Part shown: in pieces, positions 26,391-37,300 of the stretch
Layout: every line of letters starts with the position of its first letter
Position numbering within the stretch: position 1 is the stretch's first letter
From: Candidatus Dormiibacterota bacterium
Lineage (GTDB): Bacteria; Chloroflexota; Dormibacteria; CF-121
Direction of reading: 5' to 3'
Assembly (NCBI GenBank): GCA_036564925.1
Contig: DATCOB010000062.1
Location: 36 to 64,035 of the forward strand
Length of the DNA stretch: 64,000 bases
Notes under the pieces: model-generated
What the model was told of the DNA's origin: nothing
Seen by the model: the letters and a program-made list of their open reading frames with translations, nothing else
Database searches by the model: none
Program-made: the position numbers and the translations under genes

Positions 26391-28631
26391 GTGAGGCCCC
26401 GCGTTCCCGTTGACACTATGAAAGAGCGTGGCTCGGTGGCACTCGAACGTCTGCGACGCCGCGGGCGCCTGTTCGCGCGCGATCTGCGGCTCGGCCACGT
26501 CGGAGCCAACCGGCGCTGGCCACCCTATCTCCGCTCGGCCGCCACCTCGATCCCGATCGCCTTACTGACCGCCCTCGTTGTGGCGCAGAACTTCCTGCCC
26601 AACCGGCTGAACCTCCGTGCCGGCGACGTCTCCTCCCAGGACGTCGTTGCGCCGCGGTCCGTTCGCTACGAGAGTCAGACCAGGCGGGACGAGGCACGGG
26701 CGGCGGCGGCGAAGCAGGTGCCGGACCAGTTCGATGGCTCGATCGCGAGCCAGCAACGGCAGGCCTTGGACGCTCTCGCCGGCAAGGTCTCGGATCTTCG
26801 GCAGTCATCGTTTTCGGGCCCGGATCGCGCCGCCCGTCTGAGCCTGATGGAGACGCAGCTCAGCGATGCTCAGCGGCAGTATTTGTTGCAGGCGGACGCA
26901 GGGACCATCGCCGGCGTGTTCAAGAGTGCGGGCGACATCCTGAACGCCCTGGAGACGAACGGCATCAAGGCGGAAACCCTGAAGAGCGCGCAGGACACCG
27001 CTGGCACGCGGGCCGCCGCTTTGCACCTCGACGCGACGGCCGCCTCGCTCGTCGCCGGCCTGCTGCGCGATTACATCAAGGTCAACTACCTGCCGGCGGA
27101 GACCGACCTCAAACGCCAGCAGGCCAGTGACGCCGTCCCACCGGTGTTCGTCACCGTGGGCAAGGGCCAGACCATCATCCGTTACGGCGACCTGGTCACA
27201 CCATTCCAGCTGGAGGAAGCGCAGGCGGTCGGCTTGCTCGCTCCGAAGACCGATTGGTCCCGGATCCTGGCGACCTTCATGCTGGTGATCATCCTGTTTG
27301 CGGTGGCACTTGGCTACCTGATGCAGTTCAAGCCGGCCATCCTGCGCGATCCCCGGCAGCTGGCGACGCTGGGCGGCTTGATGCTGGCGATCCTCCTCAT
27401 CGCAAAGGTCGTGGTACCTATCGATCCGCGGGCGCAGTACATCGTGCCGATGGCGGCGGTCCCGCTCCTCGTTGCCACCCTGATGGATACGGGGCTCGGC
27501 ATCATCGTGGCGCTCGCGGTCGGCCTGCTGACCGGCATCATTGCCGACAACTTGCTCGATCTCACCCTTATCGGCTTCCTCGGTGGGGCGATCGGGTCCA
27601 TCTATGTCCACCGCCTGGAGCGATTGGGCCAGTGGGTCACGGCCGGCATCCTGGTGGCCGGCGCGCAGTTCGTCACGATCGTCTCACTCGCGTTGATCGA
27701 GCGACATCAGTCGATCGATGAGGTCCTCGGGATCGGGGCGACCGCCCTGGTCAACGGCCTGCTGGCGGCGTTGATCGCGGCGGGCTCGCTGGCCTTTCTC
27801 GGCGAGGTGACGCGCGTGATCACGCCCATGAAGTTACTCGAGCTCATGACCCCGAATAACCCACTGCTGAAACGACTGATGGTCAGCGCGCCCGGAACCT
27901 ACAACCACTCGATCGTGGCCGCCAACCTCGCCGAGTCGGCGGCCGAAGCCGTGGGCGCCAGTCCCGTCCTGGCCCGGGTTGGTTGCTACTTTCACGACAT
28001 CGGGAAGATCCGCCGTCCGCACTTCTTCGTCGAGAACCAGGCGGACATCGGCAACATCCACGAGAATTTGTCTCCGACCACGAGTTCGGACATCCTCAAC
28101 GCGCATGTCACCGAGGGGGTCGAGCTCCTCCGCCAATACCACTTCCCGGCGGCCGTGAAAGACATCGTCCAGCAACACCAGGGCACGACGGTGAAGAAAT
28201 ACTTCTATCGCCAGGCGCTCGAGCAGGGCCTTGACGTTCGGGAAGACGACTTTCGATACCCGGGACCGCGCCCGCGGACCAAAGAGGCGGCCATCGTCAT
28301 GATGGCGGACACCGTCGAAGCCTCGACCCGGACCCTCAAGGACCGCTCCACGGAGAGCATCCGCGACCACGTCCGCCGGATGATCCAGGGATTCGTGCGG
28401 GACGGGCAGCTCGACGACTGCGACCTTTCCTTCCACGACCTGAAGCTCGTCGAGGACGCGTTCGCCAACATGGTGGTCAGTATCTATCACGCGAGGATTG
28501 AGTACCCGGCGGCCGGTGCCGGCGAGGCGGCAGTGGGAGCCGTGGATACGACCCTGGGCGGCCACGACGGCACGATCGACGCCGATGACAAGACGATTCC
28601 ACTACCGCGAGGGACGACTCGGACCGTGTAA
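26391..28631 (+). CDS. 7TM-receptor HD-domain phosphohydrolase (PgpH/YqfF-like, HDIG)
   Basis: Extracellular 7TMR-HDED region, a 7-TM block, and a C-terminal HD domain (YFHDIGKIRRP, HH...D). Conserved rpsU/pgpH/ybeY/dgkA gene order. The start is 26391 (GTG) or 26418 (ATG). Confidence 0.8.
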   Translation: MRPRVPVDTMKERGSVALERLRRRGRLFARDLRLGHVGANRRWPPYLRSAATSIPIALLTALVVAQNFLPNRLNLRAGDVSSQDVVAPRSVRYESQTRRDEARAAAAKQVPDQFDGSIASQQRQALDALAGKVSDLRQSSFSGPDRAARLSLMETQLSDAQRQYLLQADAGTIAGVFKSAGDILNALETNGIKAETLKSAQDTAGTRAAALHLDATAASLVAGLLRDYIKVNYLPAETDLKRQQASDAVPPVFVTVGKGQTIIRYGDLVTPFQLEEAQAVGLLAPKTDWSRILATFMLVIILFAVALGYLMQFKPAILRDPRQLATLGGLMLAILLIAKVVVPIDPRAQYIVPMAAVPLLVATLMDTGLGIIVALAVGLLTGIIADNLLDLTLIGFLGGAIGSIYVHRLERLGQWVTAGILVAGAQFVTIVSLALIERHQSIDEVLGIGATALVNGLLAALIAAGSLAFLGEVTRVITPMKLLELMTPNNPLLKRLMVSAPGTYNHSIVAANLAESAAEAVGASPVLARVGCYFHDIGKIRRPHFFVENQADIGNIHENLSPTTSSDILNAHVTEGVELLRQYHFPAAVKDIVQQHQGTTVKKYFYRQALEQGLDVREDDFRYPGPRPRTKEAAIVMMADTVEASTRTLKDRSTESIRDHVRRMIQGFVRDGQLDDCDLSFHDLKLVEDAFANMVVSIYHARIEYPAAGAGEAAVGAVDTTLGGHDGTIDADDKTIPLPRGTTRTV

Positions 28632-28682
28632 CAACGCCGACGGAGGGAGCAATTTCGCGGCTCCCCGTCCGATATACCAGCA

Positions 28683-29012
28683 ATGATCTCCAACTCTGTC
28701 ATCGTGCTTGCCTATGTCGTGGCGGCCCTGGTGATCCTGCCGGCCGCCGTGATGGCCGCCGTCGGTCGCGTTCCGGCCTTCTTGCGACGCGGCCCGGCCG
28801 AGAGCGCGCTGCGGATCCGGATGGAGGGCGTGGGAATGCTCTTGATCGGGCTGTTCATCCTTGCCGACGCCCTGGCGGCCGATCTTGGCCGCCGGTCCTC
28901 CGTGCCCCAGGACTGGATCCTGCTGGTCTGGATCGCCCTCGCCGCAGGCCTGATCGGGATTCGCTACCTGGCCGGGCGGAGTGACGCCGGCGACCGCAAG
29001 TCGCGCGTCTAG
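28683..29012 (+). CDS. hypothetical small membrane protein
   Basis: 109 aa with three predicted TM helices. No motif recognized. Confidence 0.3.
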   Translation: MISNSVIVLAYVVAALVILPAAVMAAVGRVPAFLRRGPAESALRIRMEGVGMLLIGLFILADALAADLGRRSSVPQDWILLVWIALAAGLIGIRYLAGRSDAGDRKSRV

Positions 29013-29052
29013 CGCCAACCCGGCCGGTTACCATACAGACGTGCTCATCCAG

Positions 29053-29499
29053 ATGAGCCGTTGGGGTCCTGCGTCGCTGGCCTCCGGTGTGGATCTGGAT
29101 GCCCTCAAGGGTTTGCTCGAGGCTGGCGCCAGGATGCTGAAACTGCCGAAGGAGACGGTCACGGTGGTCACCCTGACGAGCGACGAGCACCTTCGGGAGT
29201 ACAACCGTCGATATCGGGGACTCGACGAGCCGACCGACGTGCTCGCCTTTGCCGCCCGGGAAAAACCGACGGACCAGCGGTTTCAGGCCCCGCCCGGGAC
29301 CGAGCACTGGCTTGGGGACATCGTCATCTCGCTTCCGCGAGCGCGTGCCCAGGCGCACGAGGCCGGTCACGGAATGGATGACGAGGTGCGCCTGCTGGCG
29401 GTCCATGGCTTCCTCCATCTGCTCGGGTACGACCACCTCGAGCCGGACGAGGAAACGGCGATGACCGAGCTCACCAACCGGATCCTCGGCCTGGCATGA
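29053..29499 (+). CDS. ybeY: rRNA maturation RNase YbeY
   Basis: Zinc-binding motif HGFLHLLGYDH. The start is chosen at the internal ATG 29053. An alternative GTG lies at 29041. Confidence 0.8.
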   Translation: MSRWGPASLASGVDLDALKGLLEAGARMLKLPKETVTVVTLTSDEHLREYNRRYRGLDEPTDVLAFAAREKPTDQRFQAPPGTEHWLGDIVISLPRARAQAHEAGHGMDDEVRLLAVHGFLHLLGYDHLEPDEETAMTELTNRILGLA

Positions 29500-29927
29500 T
29501 GCCTCCCCGGTCCGATGCGGAGTTCGAAGCGGAACGCATCGGCAGCCCGACCCGGGCGCGGCGCCTGGACCTTCGTCGCACGCTCTACAGCTTCCGGCAC
29601 GCCGGGCATGGCCTTTCCTGGGCCGTGTCGTCGCAGGCCAACCTGCGGTTCCATCTCGTGGCGGCGGCCATCGTACTGGTGGCCGCGCTTCTCTTTCATT
29701 TCACGGCCATCGAGTTCGTCGGCCTGCTTCTCTGTTTCGCGATCGTCATCGCCGCGGAGCTCTTCAACACCGCGCTCGAGGTCCTCATCGATTACGCATG
29801 GCCGGAGCATCATCCGATGATTGGCCGGGCCAAGGACGTGGCGGCCTCGGCGGTGCTGATGGCCGCGATCGGGACCGCGCTGGTGGGCATCCTGCTGTTC
29901 GCCCGGCATCTGTTCCATATCACATGA
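29496..29927 (+). CDS. dgkA: diacylglycerol kinase
   Basis: 143 aa with three TM helices. AELFNTALEVLID and MAAIGTALVG patterns match the DgkA family. ATGA overlaps with both ybeY and the downstream gene. Confidence 0.75.
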   Translation: MMPPRSDAEFEAERIGSPTRARRLDLRRTLYSFRHAGHGLSWAVSSQANLRFHLVAAAIVLVAALLFHFTAIEFVGLLLCFAIVIAAELFNTALEVLIDYAWPEHHPMIGRAKDVAASAVLMAAIGTALVGILLFARHLFHIT

Positions 29928-30277
29928 GCACCACCGTCGACGTGGTGACGGCGGCGCTGGAGTCACTGCGGCGCCGTGACTGGGACGGTTTTGCGCGCCG
30001 GTTGCACCCCGAGGTCGTGCATCGGACGCCGGGCGTCCCCGATCCGGTGCTCGGCAAGGAGGCTTTCGTCCACATGAGCCGGCAGGCGGTGGCGCGGACG
30101 CCGGACGTCAGTTTCGAGGTGGAGCGAATGGTGACGGAGGGTGACACCGTGGTTGTGGTCGGCGAGTGGTCCTATACCGGTGAGGACGGACCCGTTCGGC
30201 AGCCATCCGTGAGCGTGATCGACCTGCGGGATGGACTCATCTGGCGGGACCTGGAGTATTTCGGCCTGGCCATGTGA
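29924..30277 (+). CDS. SnoaL-like/NTF2-fold protein
   Basis: About 117 aa with a ketosteroid-isomerase-like fold pattern (GDTVVVVGEWSYTG). ATGA coupled on both sides. Confidence 0.55.
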   Translation: MSTTVDVVTAALESLRRRDWDGFARRLHPEVVHRTPGVPDPVLGKEAFVHMSRQAVARTPDVSFEVERMVTEGDTVVVVGEWSYTGEDGPVRQPSVSVIDLRDGLIWRDLEYFGLAM

Positions 30278-31455
30278 ATCACGGCGAAATGAGGGCGGCC
30301 GCCACACGTTACAGGACTGTGGCATCGCGAATCGCCGTCATCGACGATGAGGCGCCGAACCGGACCTATCTCGCCATGCTCCTTCAGAACGCCGGGTTCG
30401 AGGTGCAGACGGCGGCCGGCGGCGCGGACGGCCTGGCGCTGGTGGAAAAGGAGCGTCCCGACCTGGTCCTGGTCGACCTGCTGATGCCGGAGGTCGACGG
30501 CTACGCCGTCTGCGAGCGGATTCGGCGCGGCCCGGTGGGCGGCGCCACCCAGATCATCGTGGTCAGCGGGCTGGACACCGTCGATTCCAAGGTTCGGGCG
30601 CTCGAGCTGGGTGCTGACGAGTACCTTGCGAAGCCGGTCGAGTCCCGCGAACTGGTGACGCGGATCAAGGTGATGCTGGTTCGCGCCAGCCAGCTCCGGC
30701 AGCAGGGGTCGCAGTCGCGCGGCCGGCTGACCGTGGTCGCCGGCGCCAAAGGAGGGATCGGGACCAGCACCCTGGCGATCAACCTGGCGGCCTCCGAAAC
30801 CGGTGGCAAGGGGCCCGAGGCCGTGGTGCTGGCGGACCTGGCGGTCCCGGTCGGCACGCTCGGAGGCATGCTCGGGATCGAGGTGCCAGATCGGTGGGTC
30901 TGGCGCGAGTTCCTCGAGGATGGGACCGCGAGCGCCCATCGCCTGGCGAGTTACCTGATGCGAAACCCGCAGCTGCCGCTGCGCCTGCTGCCCGGCATTC
31001 GCAGTGGCTCACCCTACCGTGAGGTGAAACCCGATGCCGTAAGCGCCTTCGCGACGTCGCTTCGCGGGCTGGCGGACCACATCGTGGTCGACCTGGGGAA
31101 CCAGCCGTCGCCCTTTACGCCACCCTTGCTTCGCGAGGCGGACGTCATCCTGATCGCGGTCGAACCCGAGGTCATCGGCGTGGAGCTGACGGCCAGATTT
31201 CTTGACCGCCTCAAGGAGACCGGGATCCTCAGTCACCGGATTCGCGTGGTGGTCACGAACGCCCACGGCAGCTTGCAATTGAGCCGGACCGAGGTGGCCG
31301 CAGCCTTGAAGATCGACGTGGCGGGGATGATCCTCTACCAGCGTGACGAATTTTCGGCCGCCAGCAAGCGCCGGATGCCGATCGTTTTGCAGCAACCGCA
31401 GGGACCGGCCGCGGCCCAGTTCAAGGAACTGGCGCAGGCGCTGGTCAGCGTCTAG
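30274..31455 (+). CDS. response-regulator receiver domain fused to a CpaE/TadZ-like ATPase domain with atypical Walker A
   Basis: REC domain with acidic pocket IDDE, LVLVDLLMP and LAKP. ParA/MinD-like domain whose P-loop is GAKGGIGTST, i.e. it lacks the conserved GK[ST] lysine. Confidence 0.7.
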   Translation: MNHGEMRAAATRYRTVASRIAVIDDEAPNRTYLAMLLQNAGFEVQTAAGGADGLALVEKERPDLVLVDLLMPEVDGYAVCERIRRGPVGGATQIIVVSGLDTVDSKVRALELGADEYLAKPVESRELVTRIKVMLVRASQLRQQGSQSRGRLTVVAGAKGGIGTSTLAINLAASETGGKGPEAVVLADLAVPVGTLGGMLGIEVPDRWVWREFLEDGTASAHRLASYLMRNPQLPLRLLPGIRSGSPYREVKPDAVSAFATSLRGLADHIVVDLGNQPSPFTPPLLREADVILIAVEPEVIGVELTARFLDRLKETGILSHRIRVVVTNAHGSLQLSRTEVAAALKIDVAGMILYQRDEFSAASKRRMPIVLQQPQGPAAAQFKELAQALVSV

Positions 31456-31518
31456 CCTCGTAGACTAACGGGCATTCGCCCCACTCCTGCCGCCACGGGA
31501 CCGCGCGCGCGCGGGCTC

Positions 31519-32742
31519 ATGCAGACGGCTGCGCTGCAGTACGCCGAGTTCCGCCGCTATTACATTGGCCAGGCGGTTTCAGTCGTTGGCACGTGGATGC
31601 AGTCGGTGGCTGCGGCGTGGCTGGTCCTGCAGCTTTCCCATGATTCGGCCTTCGCCCTGGCGTTGTTCGGGGCCTTCAGCTACGGGCCGATCCTGATCTT
31701 CGGCCTCTTCGCCGGGGCGCTCGTGGACCGGTTCGTGCATCGGGATGTCCTGCTCGTCACGCAGGTCGTTTCGGCGTTGGGGGCCGCCCTGTACGCGGTG
31801 CTCACCGTCAGCCACCTGATCACCTTGCCATTGTTGTTTCTGATCGCCGCGGTGCTCGGGACCAACCAGGCGGTCTATTTTCCAGCACGCCAGGCGACGG
31901 TCCTCGAGATGGTCGGCCGTGGTGAGCTGGCCAGCGCCGTGGCCCTCAACGCCACCGCCTTCAACCTGGCGCGGATCGTCGGGCCGGCGATCGGCGGTCT
32001 CGTCATTGCCGCGTTTGGGGTTGCGACGTGCTTCTGGCTGAATGCCGCCAGCTACATCGGCGTGATCGCGGCGCTCTACACCATCCGCCGGCGGCCACGG
32101 CCGTCCGGATCCCCGCAACGGGCCATCACCCTGATTGGCGAGGCGCTGCGCTATGTCAAAGATGCCCCTACGTTGCTCGGCCTGTTCGCCCTGCTGGTGG
32201 TGGCCGGGACCTTCGGCGCGAATTTCAATTTGGTCTTGCCACTGTTCACGAAGGTCGTCCTGCACGCCAACGCCGATGCCATGGGCTACCTCTTCGCCGC
32301 CCAGGGGCTGGGTTCCCTGATCGGCGCCCTGACGATGACCGCGCTGGGCGGGCTCCTGCTCGACCCCCGCCGTATCGCGCTCGGGGCGCTCCTTTTCGCG
32401 CTCATGGAGCTGGTCTTTCTGATCATCCCGGGCTTCTCGCAATCCATGCTCCTGCTGGTCGTGATCGGATGGGCCTTCGCTGTCTACACCATTGGCACCA
32501 ACACCTTCGTCCAGGTACGGTCGCCCGACCGGATGCAGGGACGGATGGTGAGCCTGTATTCGATGCTCTTCGTCGGGGTGACGCCGATCGGCAATTTCTT
32601 TGCCGCGGTCGTGGCCCATCGTTTCGGCCCGGCCGCCGCGGTCTGGCTGGGCGGTGCGCTGACCGGAATGGCCGCCGTCACGGTCCTCCTCTACTTAACC
32701 GTCAGCCGCAGGCGGACGGCTCCGGTCGTCGCCACACCCTAA
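31519..32742 (+). CDS. MFS transporter
   Basis: 407 aa with 12 predicted TM segments. MFS motif G-R-x-x-D-R-x-G-R is visible as ALVDRFVHRD. EntS/YbdA-like. Confidence 0.8.
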   Translation: MQTAALQYAEFRRYYIGQAVSVVGTWMQSVAAAWLVLQLSHDSAFALALFGAFSYGPILIFGLFAGALVDRFVHRDVLLVTQVVSALGAALYAVLTVSHLITLPLLFLIAAVLGTNQAVYFPARQATVLEMVGRGELASAVALNATAFNLARIVGPAIGGLVIAAFGVATCFWLNAASYIGVIAALYTIRRRPRPSGSPQRAITLIGEALRYVKDAPTLLGLFALLVVAGTFGANFNLVLPLFTKVVLHANADAMGYLFAAQGLGSLIGALTMTALGGLLLDPRRIALGALLFALMELVFLIIPGFSQSMLLLVVIGWAFAVYTIGTNTFVQVRSPDRMQGRMVSLYSMLFVGVTPIGNFFAAVVAHRFGPAAAVWLGGALTGMAAVTVLLYLTVSRRRTAPVVATP

Positions 32743-33335
32743 CCCTTGTTGAAGTCGGTCATGGCACGGTCGAGACCAACCTGGGCCACGGCGGCGACGC
32801 CATCGGCCACCCGTGCGATCAGCGACGGGAGCGCCTCACGCTCGGCGTCGGCAAAGGGTCCCAGAACATACTCCACGCTGCTGCCCACCGGTCGGCCCAC
32901 CCCGACGCGGACACGGATGAACTCCTTGCTGCCAAACGACGCGATCAGGGAGTCGATCCCATGATTGCCCGCCGAGCTGCCGCCCTTGCGGATCTGCACC
33001 CGACCGAAGGGCAGGTCGAGCTCGTCGTGGACGACGAGCACGCGGTCGAGAGGGATGTCGTACTTTGCCCGCAGCGCCTTGCCAGCCAGTCCCGAGAGGT
33101 TCATCATCGTCTGCGGCTTGGCGAGGATGAGCTCGCGGTCGTCGAGGCGGAGGCGCCCGACCAGGGATTTCGCCGCGTGGTCGGTGATGCGGGCCCGGTG
33201 GCGGCGGGCGAGCTCATCGAGGCAGAGGAAGCCCACGTTGTGGCGCGATCGCTCGTACTCGCGGCCCGGGTTGCCGAGTCCCAGCACCAGCCATCGATCG
33301 GTGGCCGGGGCCGGCGTCGGTTTGCGGCGGAACAC
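32739..33335 (-). CDS. pth: peptidyl-tRNA hydrolase
   Basis: GLGNPGREYERSRHNVGF with conserved His and Asp. Start is uncertain. GTG 33335 or GTG 33287 is preferred over ATG 33371, which abuts the divergent downstream gene. Confidence 0.8.
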   Translation of the reverse strand: MFRRKPTPAPATDRWLVLGLGNPGREYERSRHNVGFLCLDELARRHRARITDHAAKSLVGRLRLDDRELILAKPQTMMNLSGLAGKALRAKYDIPLDRVLVVHDELDLPFGRVQIRKGGSSAGNHGIDSLIASFGSKEFIRVRVGVGRPVGSSVEYVLGPFADAEREALPSLIARVADGVAAVAQVGLDRAMTDFNKG

Positions 33336-33369
33336 CGCCAGTAGCGTAGTCAATGGCGAGGTTGACTTC

Positions 33370-34359
33370 ATGACGCGCGTTGGGACCAGCTTTACGCGCT
33401 GGCGGGCGGAGGCGCTCGGCCTCGATTACCAACGGGCGTTCACGCGGCTCTGTGGGATGGGATTCAACATGATCCGGCTCTCCGCATCCTGGCGAGAAAT
33501 CGACCAGTTCGGGTATGCGCATCTTGATTGGTTGATGGCAGAGGCCGCGCGTGCCGGGCAGCGGGTCGTCCTCACGGTTGGTATCAAGGCGCTCGGCTGG
33601 CCAGAGTTCTACCTGCCGGAGCGGCTTCAGCCGGTGGCGCCCTTCAGCAGCAACATCGCTCGCGGCCCGCTCCTGGACCGGGCGCTGGTCTTCGTGCGCG
33701 AGGTGGTCTTGCGGTACCGGCAGAACGCGATGCTGGTCGCCTGGCAGCTCGAGAACGAACCGTTCAATCGGTCGGGCCCCCGAGCCTGGTGGATCGGCCG
33801 GCGGATGGTGTTCGCGGAGGCGCGGGTGGCGCGGTCACTCGACGTGCGACCGGTGATGGTGACGACCTTCGCCCACTTCAATGACGGGCTTGACCGGGCC
33901 TCCAGCCGGCACCGGTCGACGTGGAAGCGACGGTTGGGTCTGGACCTCCCGGCGGAACGGGAGGCGCTGGCCGTGCTGCGGCGCGGTGACATCCTCGGCC
34001 TGGACGTCTACCGGGCGATCGGATGGTGGCGCAGCGCCGACCAGCAGGAGGTCGCGCGCGCGCAGGACGATCAGCTTGCGCAGGTGCGGCGCTGGCAGCG
34101 GATCGCGCGCGGGCAGGGAAAACACCTGTGGGTCACGGAGGCGCAGGCGGAGCCATGGGAGGCGTCGGCACGGACCCATGGTGATCCGGTCAGCGTGGTT
34201 CCAGCGGACATGGTTGACCTCGCCAAGGGGCTGGCCGCGCTCGGCGTGGGCGCGCTGCTGCTCTGGGGCAGTGAGTACTGGCTCTGGCGCGACGACAACG
34301 GTGATCCGCGATGGATCGAGCGTGCCGGGGAAATCCTGCGAACCGGGCTGGTAAGCTAG
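33370..34359 (+). CDS. TIM-barrel glycoside-hydrolase-like protein (GH5/GH113-like)
   Basis: LENEP (acid/base Glu) motif and downstream WVTEAQ (nucleophile-like Glu). No signal peptide. Confidence 0.4.
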   Translation: MTRVGTSFTRWRAEALGLDYQRAFTRLCGMGFNMIRLSASWREIDQFGYAHLDWLMAEAARAGQRVVLTVGIKALGWPEFYLPERLQPVAPFSSNIARGPLLDRALVFVREVVLRYRQNAMLVAWQLENEPFNRSGPRAWWIGRRMVFAEARVARSLDVRPVMVTTFAHFNDGLDRASSRHRSTWKRRLGLDLPAEREALAVLRRGDILGLDVYRAIGWWRSADQQEVARAQDDQLAQVRRWQRIARGQGKHLWVTEAQAEPWEASARTHGDPVSVVPADMVDLAKGLAALGVGALLLWGSEYWLWRDDNGDPRWIERAGEILRTGLVS

Positions 34360-34396
34360 CGGCTCGACGCCCCGGCGGTTCGCTGCGGGCGCATTT

Positions 34397-37300
34397 TTGC
34401 ATGGCCGCGACACGATGACGGAGACCCTGTTCGAGTTGATGGACCGCCTCCCGGCCCGTGACCGGCTGGAGGCGTGGTGGCGCACGCCCGGCGGTCGTCT
34501 GGATGCCCATGGTCTGCCGTCCAGCGCGCTCCCGGTGGTCGCCGAATGGCTTCGACGCCGTTCCTTAAGGGCGCTGTTGGTGCTGGTGCCGGACCCGGAA
34601 GGCGCGTTCGGCGAGATGGGCGCCTGGTTTTCCGACGACGTCCGGTCGGTGGTCTTTCCCGCGGTCGAGACGCTGCCATTCGACCGCCTCGCGCCGGACG
34701 AGGAGACCGTGCGGCGGCGGCTCGAGGCGATCGACGCGCTGGCCTCCAAAGACCCGGTGGTGTGCTTCAGCTCATGGATGGCGATGACCCGGCCCACGCT
34801 CGCGCCGGATGCTCTCCATCGCTGGCGGATCACGCTCAAGCAAGGGGATCGATACACGGTCGATGACCTGCTCCAGAAACTGACGACGCTCGGCTACCGC
34901 CGCGAACCGCTGGTGCAGGCGCGCGGCGAGTTCAGCCTTCGGGGTGGGATCCTGGATTGCTTTCCGCCAGATCGTCGCCGCCCCCTCCGCGCCGAATTCT
35001 TCGGCGACGACCTCGAGTCGCTGCGTGAGTTCGATGTCGAGTCGCAGGGGTCGACAGGCACCGTCCCGATGGTGCGGATCCTTCCGGCTGCCGAGGTGAT
35101 CCTGACTCCTGCTGCGCTGACGGCGGCGGATGAAGGGTTGCGCGAGCTCGACTTCCGCCGGTGCCTTCCGGAGGTTCGCGACGAGTGGCTGGCCGACGTC
35201 GAGCGCGTCCGCTCGGGCGCCTACTTCGACGGCATCGAGGGCTTTCAGTCGTACCTTGACCCAGGGCAACCCACGCTCCTCGACCATCTGCCCGCCGACG
35301 CGCTGATCGTGGCAATCGATCGCCACCGCAACCTGGCTCAGGCGGAGCAGCGAGAAAAGGAACTGGCCGACCTGGTCTCAGTCGAGGTGGAGCGCGGCGA
35401 ATTGCCGGCGAACCTGCGGACGGGACTCCTTTCCATCGCCTCTCTGGAGCAGCGGACGGCGACGTGGTCACGACTCGCCATCGCGCGTGGGGATGACGAG
35501 GGGTCGCTCGATCTGGGATTCGAGCCAGTCGATGCCTATTCCGGCCGGATGGACGCGTTTGCGGACCGGGTCCGTGCCGACGCCCGCGAGAAAGCGCGGA
35601 TCCTGATCGTCACCCAGCAGGAGCGGCGGCTTCGCGAACTGCTCGACGACCGCGACGTGTACCCGGCGGCCGGCCTCTTCACCTGGTCGCAGACGCCGCT
35701 GATGCCCGGCCTGCTGGTGCTGGGCAGCCAGGCGGTCGCCCAGGGGTTCCGGGTCCCGGCCTTGCGGCTGGACGTCTATGGCGACACCGATCTCTTCGGA
35801 GGTTTGCGGCAACGGGTGCGCCGTGGGGTCGTCCGGGCTCGATCGGCGAGCTGGCAGCTCGAATTCGAGCCTGGCGATCTCATCGTCCATGTCGACCATG
35901 GCATCGGGCGTTTCCTTGGGATGCGCCTGATGGGCGACGCCGGCCAGGAGCGCGAGTACATGCAGCTCGAGTACGCCGAGGGCGACAAGCTCTACGTGCC
36001 GGTCGAGCACCTCGACCGGGTGCAGAAATATGTGGGTGGCGGCGATGCCCAGCCCCGGCTTCAGCGCCTCGGTTCGGGCGAGTGGGATCGCGCCAAGAAG
36101 AAAGTCCGCGAATCGGTGGAAGAGGTCGCGCGGGACCTGCTCGACCTCTATTCGAAGCGGCAACTGGTGGAGGGTCATGCCTACTCGCCGGATGGGCCCT
36201 GGCAGCAGGAGCTGGAGCAGTCCTTCGCCTATGACGAGACCCCCGACCAGGTCCGGGTGATGGAAGAGATCAAGGCCGACATGGAGGACTCCCGGCCGAT
36301 GGACCGGCTGCTGTGCGGGGACGTCGGCTTTGGGAAGACAGAGCTGGCCGTGCGCGCGGCCTTCAAGGCGGTCGCCGATTCGAAGCAGGTCGCCATCCTG
36401 GTGCCGACCACCGTGCTGGCACAGCAGCATTTCTTGACCTTCAGCGAGCGATTCAGGCCCTTCCCGGTGAAGGTCGAGATGCTGTCGCGCTTCCGGACCG
36501 CTGCCGAATCGGCTGACGTGCTGCGCCGGCTGCACACGGGCGAAGTGGACGTCGTCATCGGTACGCACAAGCTGCTCGGCAAGGACGTGCAATTCAAGGA
36601 TCTCGGGCTGGTTGTCCTCGACGAGGAGCAACGGTTCGGCGTCATGCAGAAGGAACGCCTCAAACATCTGCGCGCGTCGGTCGATGTGCTGTCCCTGTCG
36701 GCGACGCCGATCCCGCGAACGCTCCACATGTCGCTGGCGGGCATTCGCGACCTTTCCGTCATTCAGACGCCGCCGGAAGAACGGCTGCCCATCAAGACCT
36801 TCGTGACCGCCGACGAGGACGACCTCATCAAGGAGGTCATCCAGCGCGAGCTGCAACGCGGCGGGCAGGTCTTCTATGTCTACAACCGGGTGCAGACGAT
36901 CAAGAAGGCGGAGGAGCGCATCAAGCGGCTCGTCCCGCACGCAAAGGTGCTCGTTGGGCATGGCCAGATGCCGGAGACGACGCTGGCGGACGTGATGGTG
37001 AAGTTCATCAACCGCGAGGCCGATGTGCTGGTGTGCTCGACCATCATTGAATCAGGGCTCGATATTCCGAACGCCAACACGATCGTCGTCGTCGACGCGC
37101 ACCGGATGGGGCTGGCGCAGCTCTACCAGTTGCGCGGCCGGGTCGGCCGCGCCGGACAGCGCGCCTACGCCTACTTCCTCTACAACCCGACGAAATCGTT
37201 TACCGAAAACGCCGACAAGCGACTCGATGTGATCGCCGAGCTGCACGATCTGGGTTCGGGATTCAAGCTGGCGCTCAAGGACCTGGAGATCCGCGGTGCC

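Noticed and set aside
26378-26392. Perfect 8-bp palindrome CCACGTGG right after the rpsU stop, considered as a terminator.
   Set aside because: The stem is too short and no T-tract follows. It is more likely a chance palindrome or a protein-binding site with no support.
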